This document shows, one piece after another, positions 50,180 through 60,536 of a stretch of DNA of 64,000 nucleotides. Position 1 is the stretch's first letter. The number at the start of each line of letters is the position of its first letter. The stretch spans positions 1,568,001 to 1,632,000 of the forward strand of contig OZ242376.1 of NCBI GenBank assembly GCA_965209085.1, in the 5' to 3' direction. The notes under the pieces are model-generated. The model made no database searches and was not told where the DNA came from. It was given only the letters and a program-made list of their open reading frames with translations. Position numbers and translations under genes: made by a program. This stretch comes from Nitrosopumilaceae archaeon. Its GTDB lineage: Archaea; Thermoproteota; Nitrososphaeria; Nitrososphaerales; Nitrosopumilaceae.

Positions 50180-50820
50180 CTGCGGTTGAATTCCACGTTT
50201 GGTGCTTCCGGCGATGTGGGTATTATGACAAGTCCGCCTTCCCGGAGCTGCTGTATTAGCTGCATGACTTCTTTTTCCACCTGGCCTCGCTGCATACCGG
50301 TATGTTTTGCAAACAGATCAACTAGTTCGGTAACCTTTCTTTTACCGTTGCACATTTTCCAAAATTCAATTATTGCATCATTTACCATAAAGCCCTGATC
50401 GTGCTCGTTTGTCAAAACCATGGAACCGTCTTCCTGTTTTACCAACTTTCCCACTCCCTGTGGATGGGCAATCTCATAGTTTATCGGAGCAGGTGTAGAT
50501 ATTCCCGCACCGGCACCCATTTTTTTAAGAGTCTCTCTTGCATCATCGGAGAGCTTTTCCATTGTCCAGGGGGGATCCCATACAACCTCAACGTTTACGT
50601 TTGCAACGCCCGGAACTTTTTTTGCATAACGTTTTACATCCTGTACCATTGTTTCGTGAAGCGGGCATCCCTGCGTGGTCATTGTCATACGGACGTTTAC
50701 ATCAGAGCCGGAAACGTCAATTCCGTATATTAGTCCCATATCCACTATGTTTATCGGAACTTCCGGATCCATGCACTGTTTTAGTGATTGTCTGACCGCA
50801 TCAGAGGTAACGTCTGCCAT
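50176..50820 (-). CDS. DUF59/SufT (MIP18) Fe-S maturation domain fused to a PqqD-like domain
   Basis: DPEVPINIVDMGLIY, TTQGCP and WDPPW, then VNDAIIEFWKMCNGKRKVTELV...LREGGLV. Confidence 0.85.
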   Translation of the reverse strand: MADVTSDAVRQSLKQCMDPEVPINIVDMGLIYGIDVSGSDVNVRMTMTTQGCPLHETMVQDVKRYAKKVPGVANVNVEVVWDPPWTMEKLSDDARETLKKMGAGAGISTPAPINYEIAHPQGVGKLVKQEDGSMVLTNEHDQGFMVNDAIIEFWKMCNGKRKVTELVDLFAKHTGMQRGQVEKEVMQLIQQLREGGLVIIPTSPEAPNVEFNRS

Positions 50821-50859
50821 GTTATACCACGGGGATAAAAAGAATAAAAATGTGATGCA

Positions 50860-52782
50860 TTACTGATAATACTCCTTGTTTTTGCCCGAATCCACCATAT
50901 GACACATGCTAGGAGGCAGAACGCGTACATACTCATCCACCCCTATTGGTTTTGCGACTGAATCGTCAAGTTTGAGGAATTCTGATCGGATTTTTTTTGC
51001 AGCATCCGTGGATTTTGATCCCAGCGGTTCTATTACCGCATATAGGATACATTTTTTCTTTATTGGTTCCACGGGGCCGCATATTAGCACGTATGCATCG
51101 TTGTCTTTTGTTATGCCAAGTGCTAGTCTCAGCGTCGGAACATGAAGTACATTTCTAGTGCCGCGTATTAAAAATGATCCCTTTGGAAGGTACTGGCCGC
51201 TTGGGGCGCTTTTTTCTACCTGTTCAGGTTTTACCCAATATGCGCTCAAACCAAACATTGTTTCCCGCCATGCTCTGCTAAAACATACTGTAGCACTGGC
51301 CACTTCGGTAATGCTTGCACCCGTGGCATTTTGTGCATTTTTCAATATAAAAAACGGCGAACCGTGTATGTCAGCATGAAACACCAAATCGTCTTTTTCC
51401 ACGTGTTTACGAATCATGGCCATGTTTGAAGATGAGTCCCTCCCGCCTATGGCAAGAAGTCCATCCACAGTATAAAACCATCTGTATCTTTCATACCAGC
51501 TCTTTTTTCTTATATGCGAATATGAGATTGATTCTTTTTGCAATGTTGATGTGCCTTTGAGCAGATCAATTTTTTTCTGTGCGTAAATTGTAGCTGACTC
51601 TATGATAGGGATGGCTCCAATTTGTTTTTTTGATTCATTATATAGACATGATGCTATTGCGTGAAGAGATGTTTGCGGATCTATTGTAATTTTTTCCTCG
51701 CAGATTTGAATCAAATGTACTCCTTTTTCATTGATTCTGCACGCATTTGCGCTCAAAAGTACCGACTGTACCTCATCATCATCAAGTGAATTTATCCCGC
51801 GTACGATCAGAGTCTGCAGTGATGATGCCAAATCAGATATTGCATGTGATTTGTTTTTGACAGTTTCCACCGCTTTTTTCTGTTTTTCAATGGTATTTTC
51901 CAGATCGATGATCCGTTTGTCCATTTCTTCTGATATGGATTCTTTTCCATACTCTAGAATGCGCAGAGTAAAAATCTCGTCCAATCCTGTCTCAAAACTT
52001 GCAACCGGTACAGTATCCTCGTCTGTATGCATTCGGATTGGATGCACATATCTGTCGGATCCTTTGCCCACGATGACTGCATCATGCTTTCCCCCTATGA
52101 CCGATTTGATAATTTTTTGAACAGAATCCGCTATTGATACAAGATCATCTTTTGAGAGATCCGAGCATGAAGCCTTTTTGCTAACGGATGAATTTTTAAA
52201 AATCTCTTCCACGTATCTGGTAGGAAGACCCAGTGTTCTACCCAGCCATTTTCCCGCAGGCAAATCCGGCTGCATGGAGGATTCAAGACTGTCCGCTGAA
52301 ACTTTGAACACGTCTATGCCGTGACTTGGCGGAGGAACATAAGTTGCTCCAACTCTTAGTTTTCTGTGTCGTACGTCAAGCGAATGCAATAATGCCTGTA
52401 TTTTCATCTCTTCGTTGCATAGTATTATGTTTCCTTCGTTGAAAAATTCCCCCACAAGTACAAATTTCTTATCCTTTCCTTCAAACGTAAGATATGCTAT
52501 ACGTTCTGCTCCAAGTTGTTTTACATTTTCCAGTTTGGTTCTTAACAGATCCATTCTGAATCTGCGCTGCAGTTTGTTTTCTTCTATGGGGTTTATTTTA
52601 GAGGAGCTAAGCCACAGTCCAAATGTAGAGAACATGAGTGAGAGTTCATCTTTTTCCGGATGACGGAGTTTAAAGAGCAGGCAGTTCCGTGTTATCCCAT
52701 ATATGTTGGAGAGGTAATATCCGGAATTTTTGGATGCAAGATCGCGTAAAAGGTAGCTTATTTCTATTCCAGCAAGATTCAT
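50860..52782 (-). CDS. rqcH: NFACT-family ribosome quality control protein (Rqc2/RqcH)
   Basis: Motifs EGNIILC, WYERYRWF, GGRDSSSN, HADIHGSP and SGQYLPKGSF. Confidence 0.92.
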   Translation of the reverse strand: MNLAGIEISYLLRDLASKNSGYYLSNIYGITRNCLLFKLRHPEKDELSLMFSTFGLWLSSSKINPIEENKLQRRFRMDLLRTKLENVKQLGAERIAYLTFEGKDKKFVLVGEFFNEGNIILCNEEMKIQALLHSLDVRHRKLRVGATYVPPPSHGIDVFKVSADSLESSMQPDLPAGKWLGRTLGLPTRYVEEIFKNSSVSKKASCSDLSKDDLVSIADSVQKIIKSVIGGKHDAVIVGKGSDRYVHPIRMHTDEDTVPVASFETGLDEIFTLRILEYGKESISEEMDKRIIDLENTIEKQKKAVETVKNKSHAISDLASSLQTLIVRGINSLDDDEVQSVLLSANACRINEKGVHLIQICEEKITIDPQTSLHAIASCLYNESKKQIGAIPIIESATIYAQKKIDLLKGTSTLQKESISYSHIRKKSWYERYRWFYTVDGLLAIGGRDSSSNMAMIRKHVEKDDLVFHADIHGSPFFILKNAQNATGASITEVASATVCFSRAWRETMFGLSAYWVKPEQVEKSAPSGQYLPKGSFLIRGTRNVLHVPTLRLALGITKDNDAYVLICGPVEPIKKKCILYAVIEPLGSKSTDAAKKIRSEFLKLDDSVAKPIGVDEYVRVLPPSMCHMVDSGKNKEYYQ

Positions 52783-52962
52783 GTTTCAAATATAAAGTAA
52801 AATATCCCTCCTTTATCTTTTACAGCAAAAAACAACAGATCATGTGCGTTCATTGCGGCATATTTGATTCAGGTATAAGAATAATTTGCAAGAGGCGTCT
52901 TTGAGGGTTATTTTAGATACATGGGTGTCATTGGAAATTTTACATTAGATCGTGTGCATAAT

Positions 52963-53007
52963 AGACTTCATGCATAATGGGCCAAATTTACAATTTTTAT
53001 GAATAAA
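52963..53007 (+). repeat. truncated copy of the 78-bp MITE (left half)
   Basis: AGACTTCATGCATAATGGGCCAAATTTACAATTTTTATGAATAAA nearly matches 54040-54084 and is preceded by AAT. Confidence 0.8.
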
Positions 53008-53033
53008 GCAAGTGTATGAAGAATATTAAAAAA

Positions 53034-53222
53034 TCATTGTGCAAATCGCTGTTTTCTTTTATCACTATATTTCTTTTTTAGTTGATGTAGCGAAGTCACA
53101 TTTTCTCTTTTCAAGATAGTGTTCAGAGGTGAATCAGATCTGTATTTTTCTTTTACATCCTTAGGGATTTTTGATATATTTTCCATTTTAGTATCGCTAC
53201 GTTTTCTTCGGAAATTCATCAT
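53034..53222 (-). CDS. small basic protein with duplicated RSD motif
   Basis: RKRSDTKMENI and KYRSDSPLNTI followed by SLHQL. A TATA-like ATAAATATAA lies upstream. Confidence 0.55.
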   Translation of the reverse strand: MMNFRRKRSDTKMENISKIPKDVKEKYRSDSPLNTILKRENVTSLHQLKKKYSDKRKQRFAQ

Positions 53223-53290
53223 GTATTATTGTTTGTAATATTATATTTATGCCTTTATGTTAGTATGTATTTATCATAGTGTACAACAGT

Positions 53291-53338
53291 TTATGCACAA
53301 TTAACCAAAAAAGCAATTTTGGTAAATCAAAAGATCTA
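53291..53338 (+). repeat. left-end fragment of the ISL2-like element
   Basis: Near-identical to 59152-59199 and cut off by the IS66 TIR at 53339. Confidence 0.75.
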
Positions 53339-54921
53339 GTAACTGTCTAGAGTTTTGAAGCGATTTGATCATATGATCGAGTATTTTCTATCGTGATCTT
53401 TATGGATCAAGCACAAACATGACGAATTGTTGTCAGAACGTGACCAAAATAACCTCAATCCTGGATTACTCCACAAGGTATTGCAGGAAAATGCACGGTT
53501 ACGACGTATCGACAAACAACAGAAAAAAGAGAACACACATGAAAATCAAATATTCCACACTTGAAGTAAAGTATTCCATACTTGAAAAAAAAATCTGCAG
53601 TTCAACAAAAAGAAATAGATGATCTAAAATTCGCTATAAAGGAACTTGTCGCAAAGAATATCCGTGCAAAACCCAACATTTCCAAAACTCTTACAGAAAG
53701 AAAATACTCTGATCATACAAGAACCAGCAGAAAAAAACCCGTCAGAATCGACAATAAAACAAATGTGGATCAAAAGATGTGCAGCGGATGTGGAAACGAG
53801 CTCTCAAAAATCATCGACAAATACACCCGTACGGTGGAGGATATTATTCCAGCAAAGACATACAATACAGAATATACGATATACAGAAGATATTGCAAAC
53901 ACTGTAAAAAGACAATCACACCAAAAATACACACCGCACTTCCAAACAGCAGGTTTGGGATCAGATTGGGAGTGTTTATCGTCTCACTCAAATTATTGGG
54001 AATTTCATATGTAAAAATATCACGACTGGTAAATACAATAGACTTCATGCATAATAGGCCAAATTCACAATTTTTACGAATAAAAATGACTGATTTTAAT
54101 GATTATGCATGAGGTCTAATGTATTCGATACACGTGACACCTTCCACCATAAACCACGTGATAACAAAAATGGCGACAGCGTTTGGTTCGCTGTACGAGC
54201 AGATGATAAAGGAATTAAACCAAGAATTAAACATACACGGAGATGAGACCAGCTGGCGGATTGATGGCATCAACCACTGGTTGTGGGTGTTTGTTGGAAA
54301 ATGGACCATCATATATGAAATTGACAAATCACGTGGCCGCGAGGTACCAAAAAAAATATTAAAAGAATACAAGGGAAACGTTACAAGCGATTCATGGCCA
54401 GCATGGAATTATGCTGGTAAAACACATCAGCGTTGCCATGTTCACTATAAAAGAGAGATCCTGGGTACAATAGATCATAAAAACCCCGGCAAAGAGTTTG
54501 AACCATTTGCAAAACGTCTGCAAAAAATACTCTACGACTCACAGAATGCTGCAAAGATACAAAGCAAGATCAAGAGGCTTAAAATCAAGAAAAATCTAGA
54601 GGTAAGAATTGACAGACTGATCTCAAAGCCGTACAAGGAGAAAAACTGTATCAGATTTGTAAAAAGAATCAGGCGAGAAAAAGATATGCTCTTTACGTTT
54701 CTAAAAACGGGTACTGACTGACACAACAATACCGCCGAGAGGGGGATTCGACCAAATGTCGTAATACGCAAAATTACAAATGGTCACCGCTCAGAGGATG
54801 GTGCCAAAGCTCACAGGATATTGATGAGCATAAAGGAGACATGCAGGTTGAGGAATCTGAACTTTCATGATTATTTGGAAGAATATCTATCCAATTTAAC
54901 TTCAAAACTCTAGACAGTTAC
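53339..54921 (+). mobile_element. IS66-family element (copy 1), inactivated
   Basis: Perfect 22-bp TIRs GTAACTGTCTAGAGTTTTGAAG (53339-53360) and its reverse complement (54900-54921). TnpC motifs CSGCG...CKHC, HGDETSW, HQRCHVH and NNTAER. It carries a 5' frameshift, a MITE insertion and an in-frame TGA at 54719. Confidence 0.92.
54040..54117. mobile_element. 78-bp MITE inserted in the IS66 transposase
   Basis: TIRs AGACTTCATGCATAAT and ATTATGCATGAGGTCT, flanked by an AAT direct repeat (54037-39, 54118-20). Removing it restores the frame (VNT-M-YSIHV). Confidence 0.9.
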
Positions 54922-55082
54922 AAAATTTCTTGTGAACGTCCATTCCAACAAACATATCCTTCCCAGAATATCGGGTAATCTGTTTGTTTACATTTGGATC
55001 TTTTTTAGATGATTTACGTCTCGGCAATACGGATCGTTTGACATTCTTACAACCATCTGTGGTCTTAGAAGCTCTCTTCACA
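54922..55082 (-). pseudogene. IS110-family transposase 5' remnant
   Basis: The minus strand reads ...KDMFVGMDVHKKF, the first DEDD motif of IS110, and is truncated exactly at the IS66 right TIR. Confidence 0.65.
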
Positions 55083-55160
55083 TATGGTTATGCATAATGG
55101 GTCAAATTCACAATTTTTACGAATAAAAATGACCGATTTGAACGATTATGCATACGGTCT
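55083..55160. mobile_element. third MITE copy (outer left TIR degenerate)
   Basis: ATGCATAATGGGTCAAATTCACAATTTTTACGAATAAAAATGACCGATTTGAACGATTATGCATACGGTCT aligns with 54047-54117. Confidence 0.85.
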
Positions 55161-55161
55161 A

Positions 55162-56436
55162 TTATATCCGATATGAAGACGTATGTCCATAGTCATTAAA
55201 TTTTTTGAAATCATCTTCACCTAACATTCCATTTTGATCAAATATGGATGACTCTTCGTCATACTTGTAAGCGCCCAATATTTTACTTGTAAAATATTTG
55301 ACAATTTTCATGATCTCTACATTTGTTAATTCCAATACGTTGCAGATTTGCTCACTGTAAACATCATTATAATCACATTTGTTAGAATCCTCTCTCATCC
55401 ATGATCGTTTTGAAGCGCGCAAAATTTTTCCATTACTCTTCAAATCACTTAAAGTCATATCTATAGATCTTTTGATCGCGATCCCGAAAGTAATGCTGTC
55501 TTCATATTTGATATATTTGTAATAATCTCTACAAATTATGACGAATGATAATAACGACATAGTCGTACTCTGCAAACTAAGATACAATTTATTATTTTCA
55601 ATGTTTAAGAGAGGATTTGTAACTGCTTGAATTACGGATCCGTTATCATAATGTTGGAGATAATCTGATTGTTTCGCATATTTGGAATAATATCTTATAA
55701 AATCTATATTTGATTCTTGTTCTCTTTTATATAATATTATTAAATTATTTTGAATTTTTATTTCTTTACCATCAGCTAAACTTTTAAAAAATTTTTTACT
55801 ATCATCCGAAAATAACTTCAAATTTTGCTGTGGCTGCACTATGAAATATGTGCATGGATATAGTATAGTATGCAATGCACGAGATGCCACATCTTGTATG
55901 ATGTTATCATTACTGTGTAACATGACATCAAGTTTTTTCAAATCTTGATGATTTCCAAACATACTTGAATCCGTACCATTAAATCCATATTTTTTTTGTA
56001 ATTGATCTTCTAATTTTATATCGTTCATTTTACCCGATAAATTAAATGACATACATTTATTCTTGATTCTTTCAACTAGATCTTTAACGTCTTTTGATGA
56101 ATTTATATCAAATTTATTCGCCTGAATCTTACTCAAAAGCCCTTTTGGGGTTGAATTATCTAATCTAATCGGAAGTATTGGCATTTTGTTTCGATCTGCC
56201 ATCCCTGCCTCTTGATTAGCATATGGAGAATTATTATAATTCTCTGTAATCAGAGCTAAAAACAATTTTGACGTTATTAAATTATTCTTTATTATGTCTG
56301 ACCAATTTTCACCACTTTGGATGTTCCGTTGTGCCACGAATGTATTTATGCCATATTTATTAAGCGCGGTGGCTATTTTTGTTACAATGGCATAATCGGC
56401 ACTTGCATAACTTATGAAAATTTTTATATCATTCAA
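55162..56436 (-). CDS. TIR-domain protein with uncharacterised C-terminal domain
   Basis: N-terminal IFISYASAD, I-x-SGENW and SPYANQE (catalytic Glu position), then PILPIRL. Intact 424 aa, very AT-rich. Confidence 0.85.
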   Translation of the reverse strand: MNDIKIFISYASADYAIVTKIATALNKYGINTFVAQRNIQSGENWSDIIKNNLITSKLFLALITENYNNSPYANQEAGMADRNKMPILPIRLDNSTPKGLLSKIQANKFDINSSKDVKDLVERIKNKCMSFNLSGKMNDIKLEDQLQKKYGFNGTDSSMFGNHQDLKKLDVMLHSNDNIIQDVASRALHTILYPCTYFIVQPQQNLKLFSDDSKKFFKSLADGKEIKIQNNLIILYKREQESNIDFIRYYSKYAKQSDYLQHYDNGSVIQAVTNPLLNIENNKLYLSLQSTTMSLLSFVIICRDYYKYIKYEDSITFGIAIKRSIDMTLSDLKSNGKILRASKRSWMREDSNKCDYNDVYSEQICNVLELTNVEIMKIVKYFTSKILGAYKYDEESSIFDQNGMLGEDDFKKFNDYGHTSSYRI

Positions 56437-56461
56437 TAGTCTGTGTGTATGAGGTCAGCTA

Positions 56462-57809
56462 TTAAACGATACTGAACACATCTTCAAAGACGATTTTATC
56501 ATGTGATCTCCATGTCAAAACGCACGTTAGAAAGTTTGACATTCTTCTCATGGATTCAGATCCTCTGATCAGTCCGCTTATCTTACGCCAAACCATGACA
56601 TCCCGTAATGCACGCTCGGCTACATTGTTTGTAGGTGTGATGTTTTCATGCTCTATAAAGGCAAGCAGATTCATCGTCGCATTCTCCAACCGTTTGATCA
56701 AACTTTGCATTTTGGACATTTCTGTACTGCGGTATTTATCTAACATGACATCAAGTGTGTATTCAAACGCATGTCGTACACTTGCACCACCGTGGATATT
56801 ATTTTTAGCGTCGTTGAACAGTATGCATAGATTCTCGTAGAGTCTCGGATGTGTACCGCCATGTTTTACCGCCATGTGTTTAACAATCCACAGCTCGTGT
56901 ACCCAGCACCGTTGATACATTCCTCCAGGATCAAATCTCTTGTATGCAAGATATCCGTCAGTTACTGCAAAACCATCAAATTTGTCCATATATGCGTCCA
57001 TAACATGCGCACCACATCTCTTCATGATTATCGTAATATTTTTCTCGTATGCGATTGTCCACGCCCAAACCATCAATCCATTCAGTATGTACGAGATCTC
57101 ATCAATATTGACAAACTGTGATTGCATAACCGTGTTTGTTATTGTTTTTGCCTCCGTTTCCATTAGATCCGAGACATTTGAGATCATGTTGATTATAGTG
57201 GATTTGACAATGACTAGACCGCATGTTGCTTTGAGCAGTTCTTGTATCGCATCATGCGTGATTTTCACTGCTCTGTATTGGAGAACTAGGCAATCCCATT
57301 TTTAACATACGAGTCAGATTTTGACAGATCGTTTTCTGCCTTGTGGACATGTTTACAGTTTGAGCATACGTGTGCGTCGATCATATGTTTGATCTCTGTT
57401 GCAACTGCTGGTATGTAATCAATAATGTCACGCGTTTTTGTATACGAGTATTCCATGGTACTGTCACAGCTGCATTTGGTATTTTTCATGATGTGCTTTA
57501 CAGTATTGGTTAGATTGTATTTACGTGATACTCCCTTGTGACCTAGACTGCCATCTGGTTTTTTGTGGCGGTAATTCGCCATTTTCTCTTGCCTTACGTA
57601 TTTTGCGTTTTTCTTGCATGTATTCAAGTGAACGTAAAGAGGTTGGTGTGTTTGAATTTTCATAATATACGAGTCAAGTTTTGAGGGTTTTAATTTCCCC
57701 CATCCTTTGTGTCCAATCTATGCGTAAATTCTGTCATTTGTTTATTCGTCTTTTCGACAAAAACTCTCAGTCTTCCAATTTGCGATATGTTGGACATCAT
57801 TGCTCATGA
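56462..57809 (-). pseudogene. second, divergent IS66-family transposase, multiply frameshifted
   Basis: YYENSNTPTS, GHKGVSR, CSC...CSNC, VNIDE, VTDGY, QRCWVH and PTNNVAERALR spread over several frames. Confidence 0.85.
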
Positions 57810-57867
57810 GATGGATTATTTATTGATGATATTTGGATCTAAATGATCGTATGTTATTGACTAATTT

Positions 57868-57939
57868 GTTAGGCATGAGATGACTACAATTTCCCACATA
57901 AATACTCAATTCAGAGAAGATCCGTATTTCATGCCTAAC
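57868..57939. repeat. 72-bp element with 13/14-bp terminal inverted repeats (MITE-like)
   Basis: GTTAGGCATGAGAT ... ATTTCATGCCTAAC. Confidence 0.5.
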
Positions 57940-58009
57940 GCCTATGAACCGATAACTTTACAGAACCCATTGGCGGATGATTTATTAATATAGAGTTTAA
58001 ACATAATAT

Positions 58010-58696
58010 ATGAATGATGATGAATTTAAGGATCTATGCAATAAACAGGGATGGGATTCAGATCTTGCACAAGAATATTATAACATAATATCGAAAATAT
58101 TTGATGATGCATTACAAAAAGATACTGAATTTAACGAAAAACTTGTAAATAGACAAAACGAATTTCATCGCACAGCATTACAAAATTATAAAAATTGGAT
58201 GGAGTTATATGAAAAAATACGAAAAACCGTTGATTTTAAAAATGGTGATGAAGTAGACTTGATGTTTCTTACACGTTATTTGATGACAGTTGAGAGTTTG
58301 GCTTCCCATTATGTAACTATATTATATTATGCATGTCGTAAAGCATACGATGATGTTGATGATAAAGAACATAAGTCGTTTAATACCGTACATAATTACA
58401 TATCACTTGGAAACAAATTAGAATTTATTAAAAAACACGGTTTAAAAAAGTATGCAAATCATGTAGATCATAAAACTCGTAATTCTATAGGACATATGAC
58501 TTTTAAAATAAATAATGGTAAAATCAAAATCCCTGAAAATAAAACTGAAATACATGGTTATGATGAAATAAATATAGAACAAATGGGCGAAAATTTAGAC
58601 ACTCATACTATTGCCATATTTGCTGCCATATGGCGCTATTATGGTCAGTATTCCAATGTCTCATCTGATATTTCTGATTGGATAACTCATCTATAA
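58010..58696 (+). CDS. helical protein with HEPN-type RxxxxH motif (candidate RNase toxin)
   Basis: SLGNKLEFI...KTRNSIGH. Intact and AT-rich, with a TATA-like TTTATTAATA upstream. Confidence 0.6.
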   Translation: MNDDEFKDLCNKQGWDSDLAQEYYNIISKIFDDALQKDTEFNEKLVNRQNEFHRTALQNYKNWMELYEKIRKTVDFKNGDEVDLMFLTRYLMTVESLASHYVTILYYACRKAYDDVDDKEHKSFNTVHNYISLGNKLEFIKKHGLKKYANHVDHKTRNSIGHMTFKINNGKIKIPENKTEIHGYDEINIEQMGENLDTHTIAIFAAIWRYYGQYSNVSSDISDWITHL

Positions 58697-58727
58697 TACA
58701 ATATTTTAATTTAAAACAAACCAAATC

Positions 58728-59146
58728 GTAACTGTCTAGAGTTTTGAAGCGATTTGATCATATGATCGAGTATTTTCCATCATGATCTTTATGGATCGGG
58801 TACAAACATAACGAATTGTTGCCAGAACGTGACCAAAATGACCATAACCAAAGGCCACACTGCATTGCAAGAAATTGCGCAGTTACAACGTATCAATAAA
58901 CGACAGAAAAGCGAGATTACAGATCTGAAAAACAAATATTCTGCATCTGAGGAAAAATATTCCATACTTGAAAAAAATCTGCAGATCAACAAAAAGAAAT
59001 AGATGATCTAAAATTCGCTATAAAGGAACTTGCCGCAAAGAACATCCGCACAAAACCAAACATTTCCAAAACTCTTACAGAAAGAAAATGCTCCGATCAT
59101 GCAAGAGTCAGCAGAAAAACCCGTCAGAATCGACAATAAAACAAAT
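58728..59146 (+). mobile_element. IS66 copy 2, left-end fragment
   Basis: Same 22-bp TIR and high similarity to 53339-53764. It is truncated at AAT where the ISL2-like element begins. Confidence 0.88.
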
Positions 59147-60536
59147 AGACCTTATACATAATTAACCAAAAAATCAATTTTGGCAAATCGAAAGATCTAT
59201 GATCTAGTATCACGTGCGCATAGCATATGCCAATCAGATAAACGCATGATCTCTAAACTGAAAAAGACGATCTTAAAGATGGGAAAGAAGAGTTCCGTGC
59301 AGGAAAAAAGAATTTCCAAACAGGAATCAGAAATTCAACACTACAAAAAGATGGCACAGAGTAGCAATGATGACAAAAGACAGCATGTCGACAAATATTT
59401 GAACAAGGGAATTGGAAATGATGTTCATCTATATGAAATGACAGGAATGGACCGTGAAGAATTTGAATGGATTCTATAACGGTTCAAAAAAACCGTAAAA
59501 AATTCATCAGGGACTCCCCGTTTTTCAGAATATGTGGACGATCCTGGAAACACCTGTATCCTTACCGTAAAGCAAGTTTTGTTTATCAGTGCCGCAAACG
59601 CAATAATCTCAAACAGGGAGCACTTGCGTTCATTGCAGACGTTGATCAGAGCACCATCAGCAGATATCTGACCTTTTCTGATGAGCAGTTGATGGATATT
59701 CTTCCAACGGCTAAGAATATTGGTGCTGCAATACGGACTACGTACAAGCGAGTTGTTTAAGAAATTCGTACCTGGCAGGGGCGGCGGCGAGCTGTATCTT
59801 GATGCCACGTTTGTACAGGTTCAAAGGCCGCAGGAGAATCCAGAGGCAGTATACTCTGGAAAACGCAAGAGGCACGTCTACAGCGTACCGATAGCCTCCA
59901 ACAAAGATGGAGTGGTAAATGACATTGGCGGTCCAGAAGAGGGCTCCGCACACGACATGGAGGTACTGCGGCGTAATCTGCCAAATTTTGGCAAATGGAC
60001 CGATGGTATGAAAAATCCGGACACGAAAAAAGAGCGCCAAATTATGCTATATACTGACAAGGGATATCTGTCCGTGGAAAAAGACTATCCTGGAATTATC
60101 TCAAAGCAGCCGTACAAAAACCAAAGGGCAGGAGATTGACAGAGGCAGAACGCGAATACAGCAAGAGGATCAGTCGTAAGCGCATAAAAATAGAGCATAC
60201 AATAAACTGACTCAAATGGTTCCGTAGAATGAGTGCCGTATATGATGATACAATGGATGCGTTTTATACAGAAATCCAAGTGGTTACAGGACTGACCAAT
60301 CTGCACATCATGTTAAAGGATCGCAAGTATATCGAACCGTTGGAAAAGGTCTGCCCTCAAATCAAGTAGCACATCTTTGTGCATACAGTCACGCATAATA
60401 TTCTACTTTTTGTCATACATATGATATTTTGATTTATTTTGTTGTCTGCTTGAAGGTTTTAGGTCATGTGTACTTTGATCATGACAGTGTCATAGTCGGA
60501 ACCGTATGTTTCAGTGATTGATTATGCATGAGGTCT
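59147..60536 (+). mobile_element. IS5-family (ISL2-like, DDE_Tnp_4) element with frameshifted transposase
   Basis: TIRs AGACCTTATACATAAT and ATTATGCATGAGGTCT. Motifs VDQSTISRY, LDATFVQVQRP, YSGKRKRH, HDM, TDKGY and RIKIEH occur in several frames. Confidence 0.88.

Noticed and set aside
53580-53600. Poly-A tract as a programmed frameshift in IS66
   Set aside because: The two copies have A9 and A7 along with other lesions, which fits decay or homopolymer error better than a conserved slippery site.
54719-60210. Repeated in-frame TGA codons in transposases suggesting stop-codon recoding
   Set aside because: Core genes such as glmS, tfe and hisD end normally with TGA. These cases are explained by TGG/CGA-to-TGA nonsense mutations in elements that also carry frameshifts.
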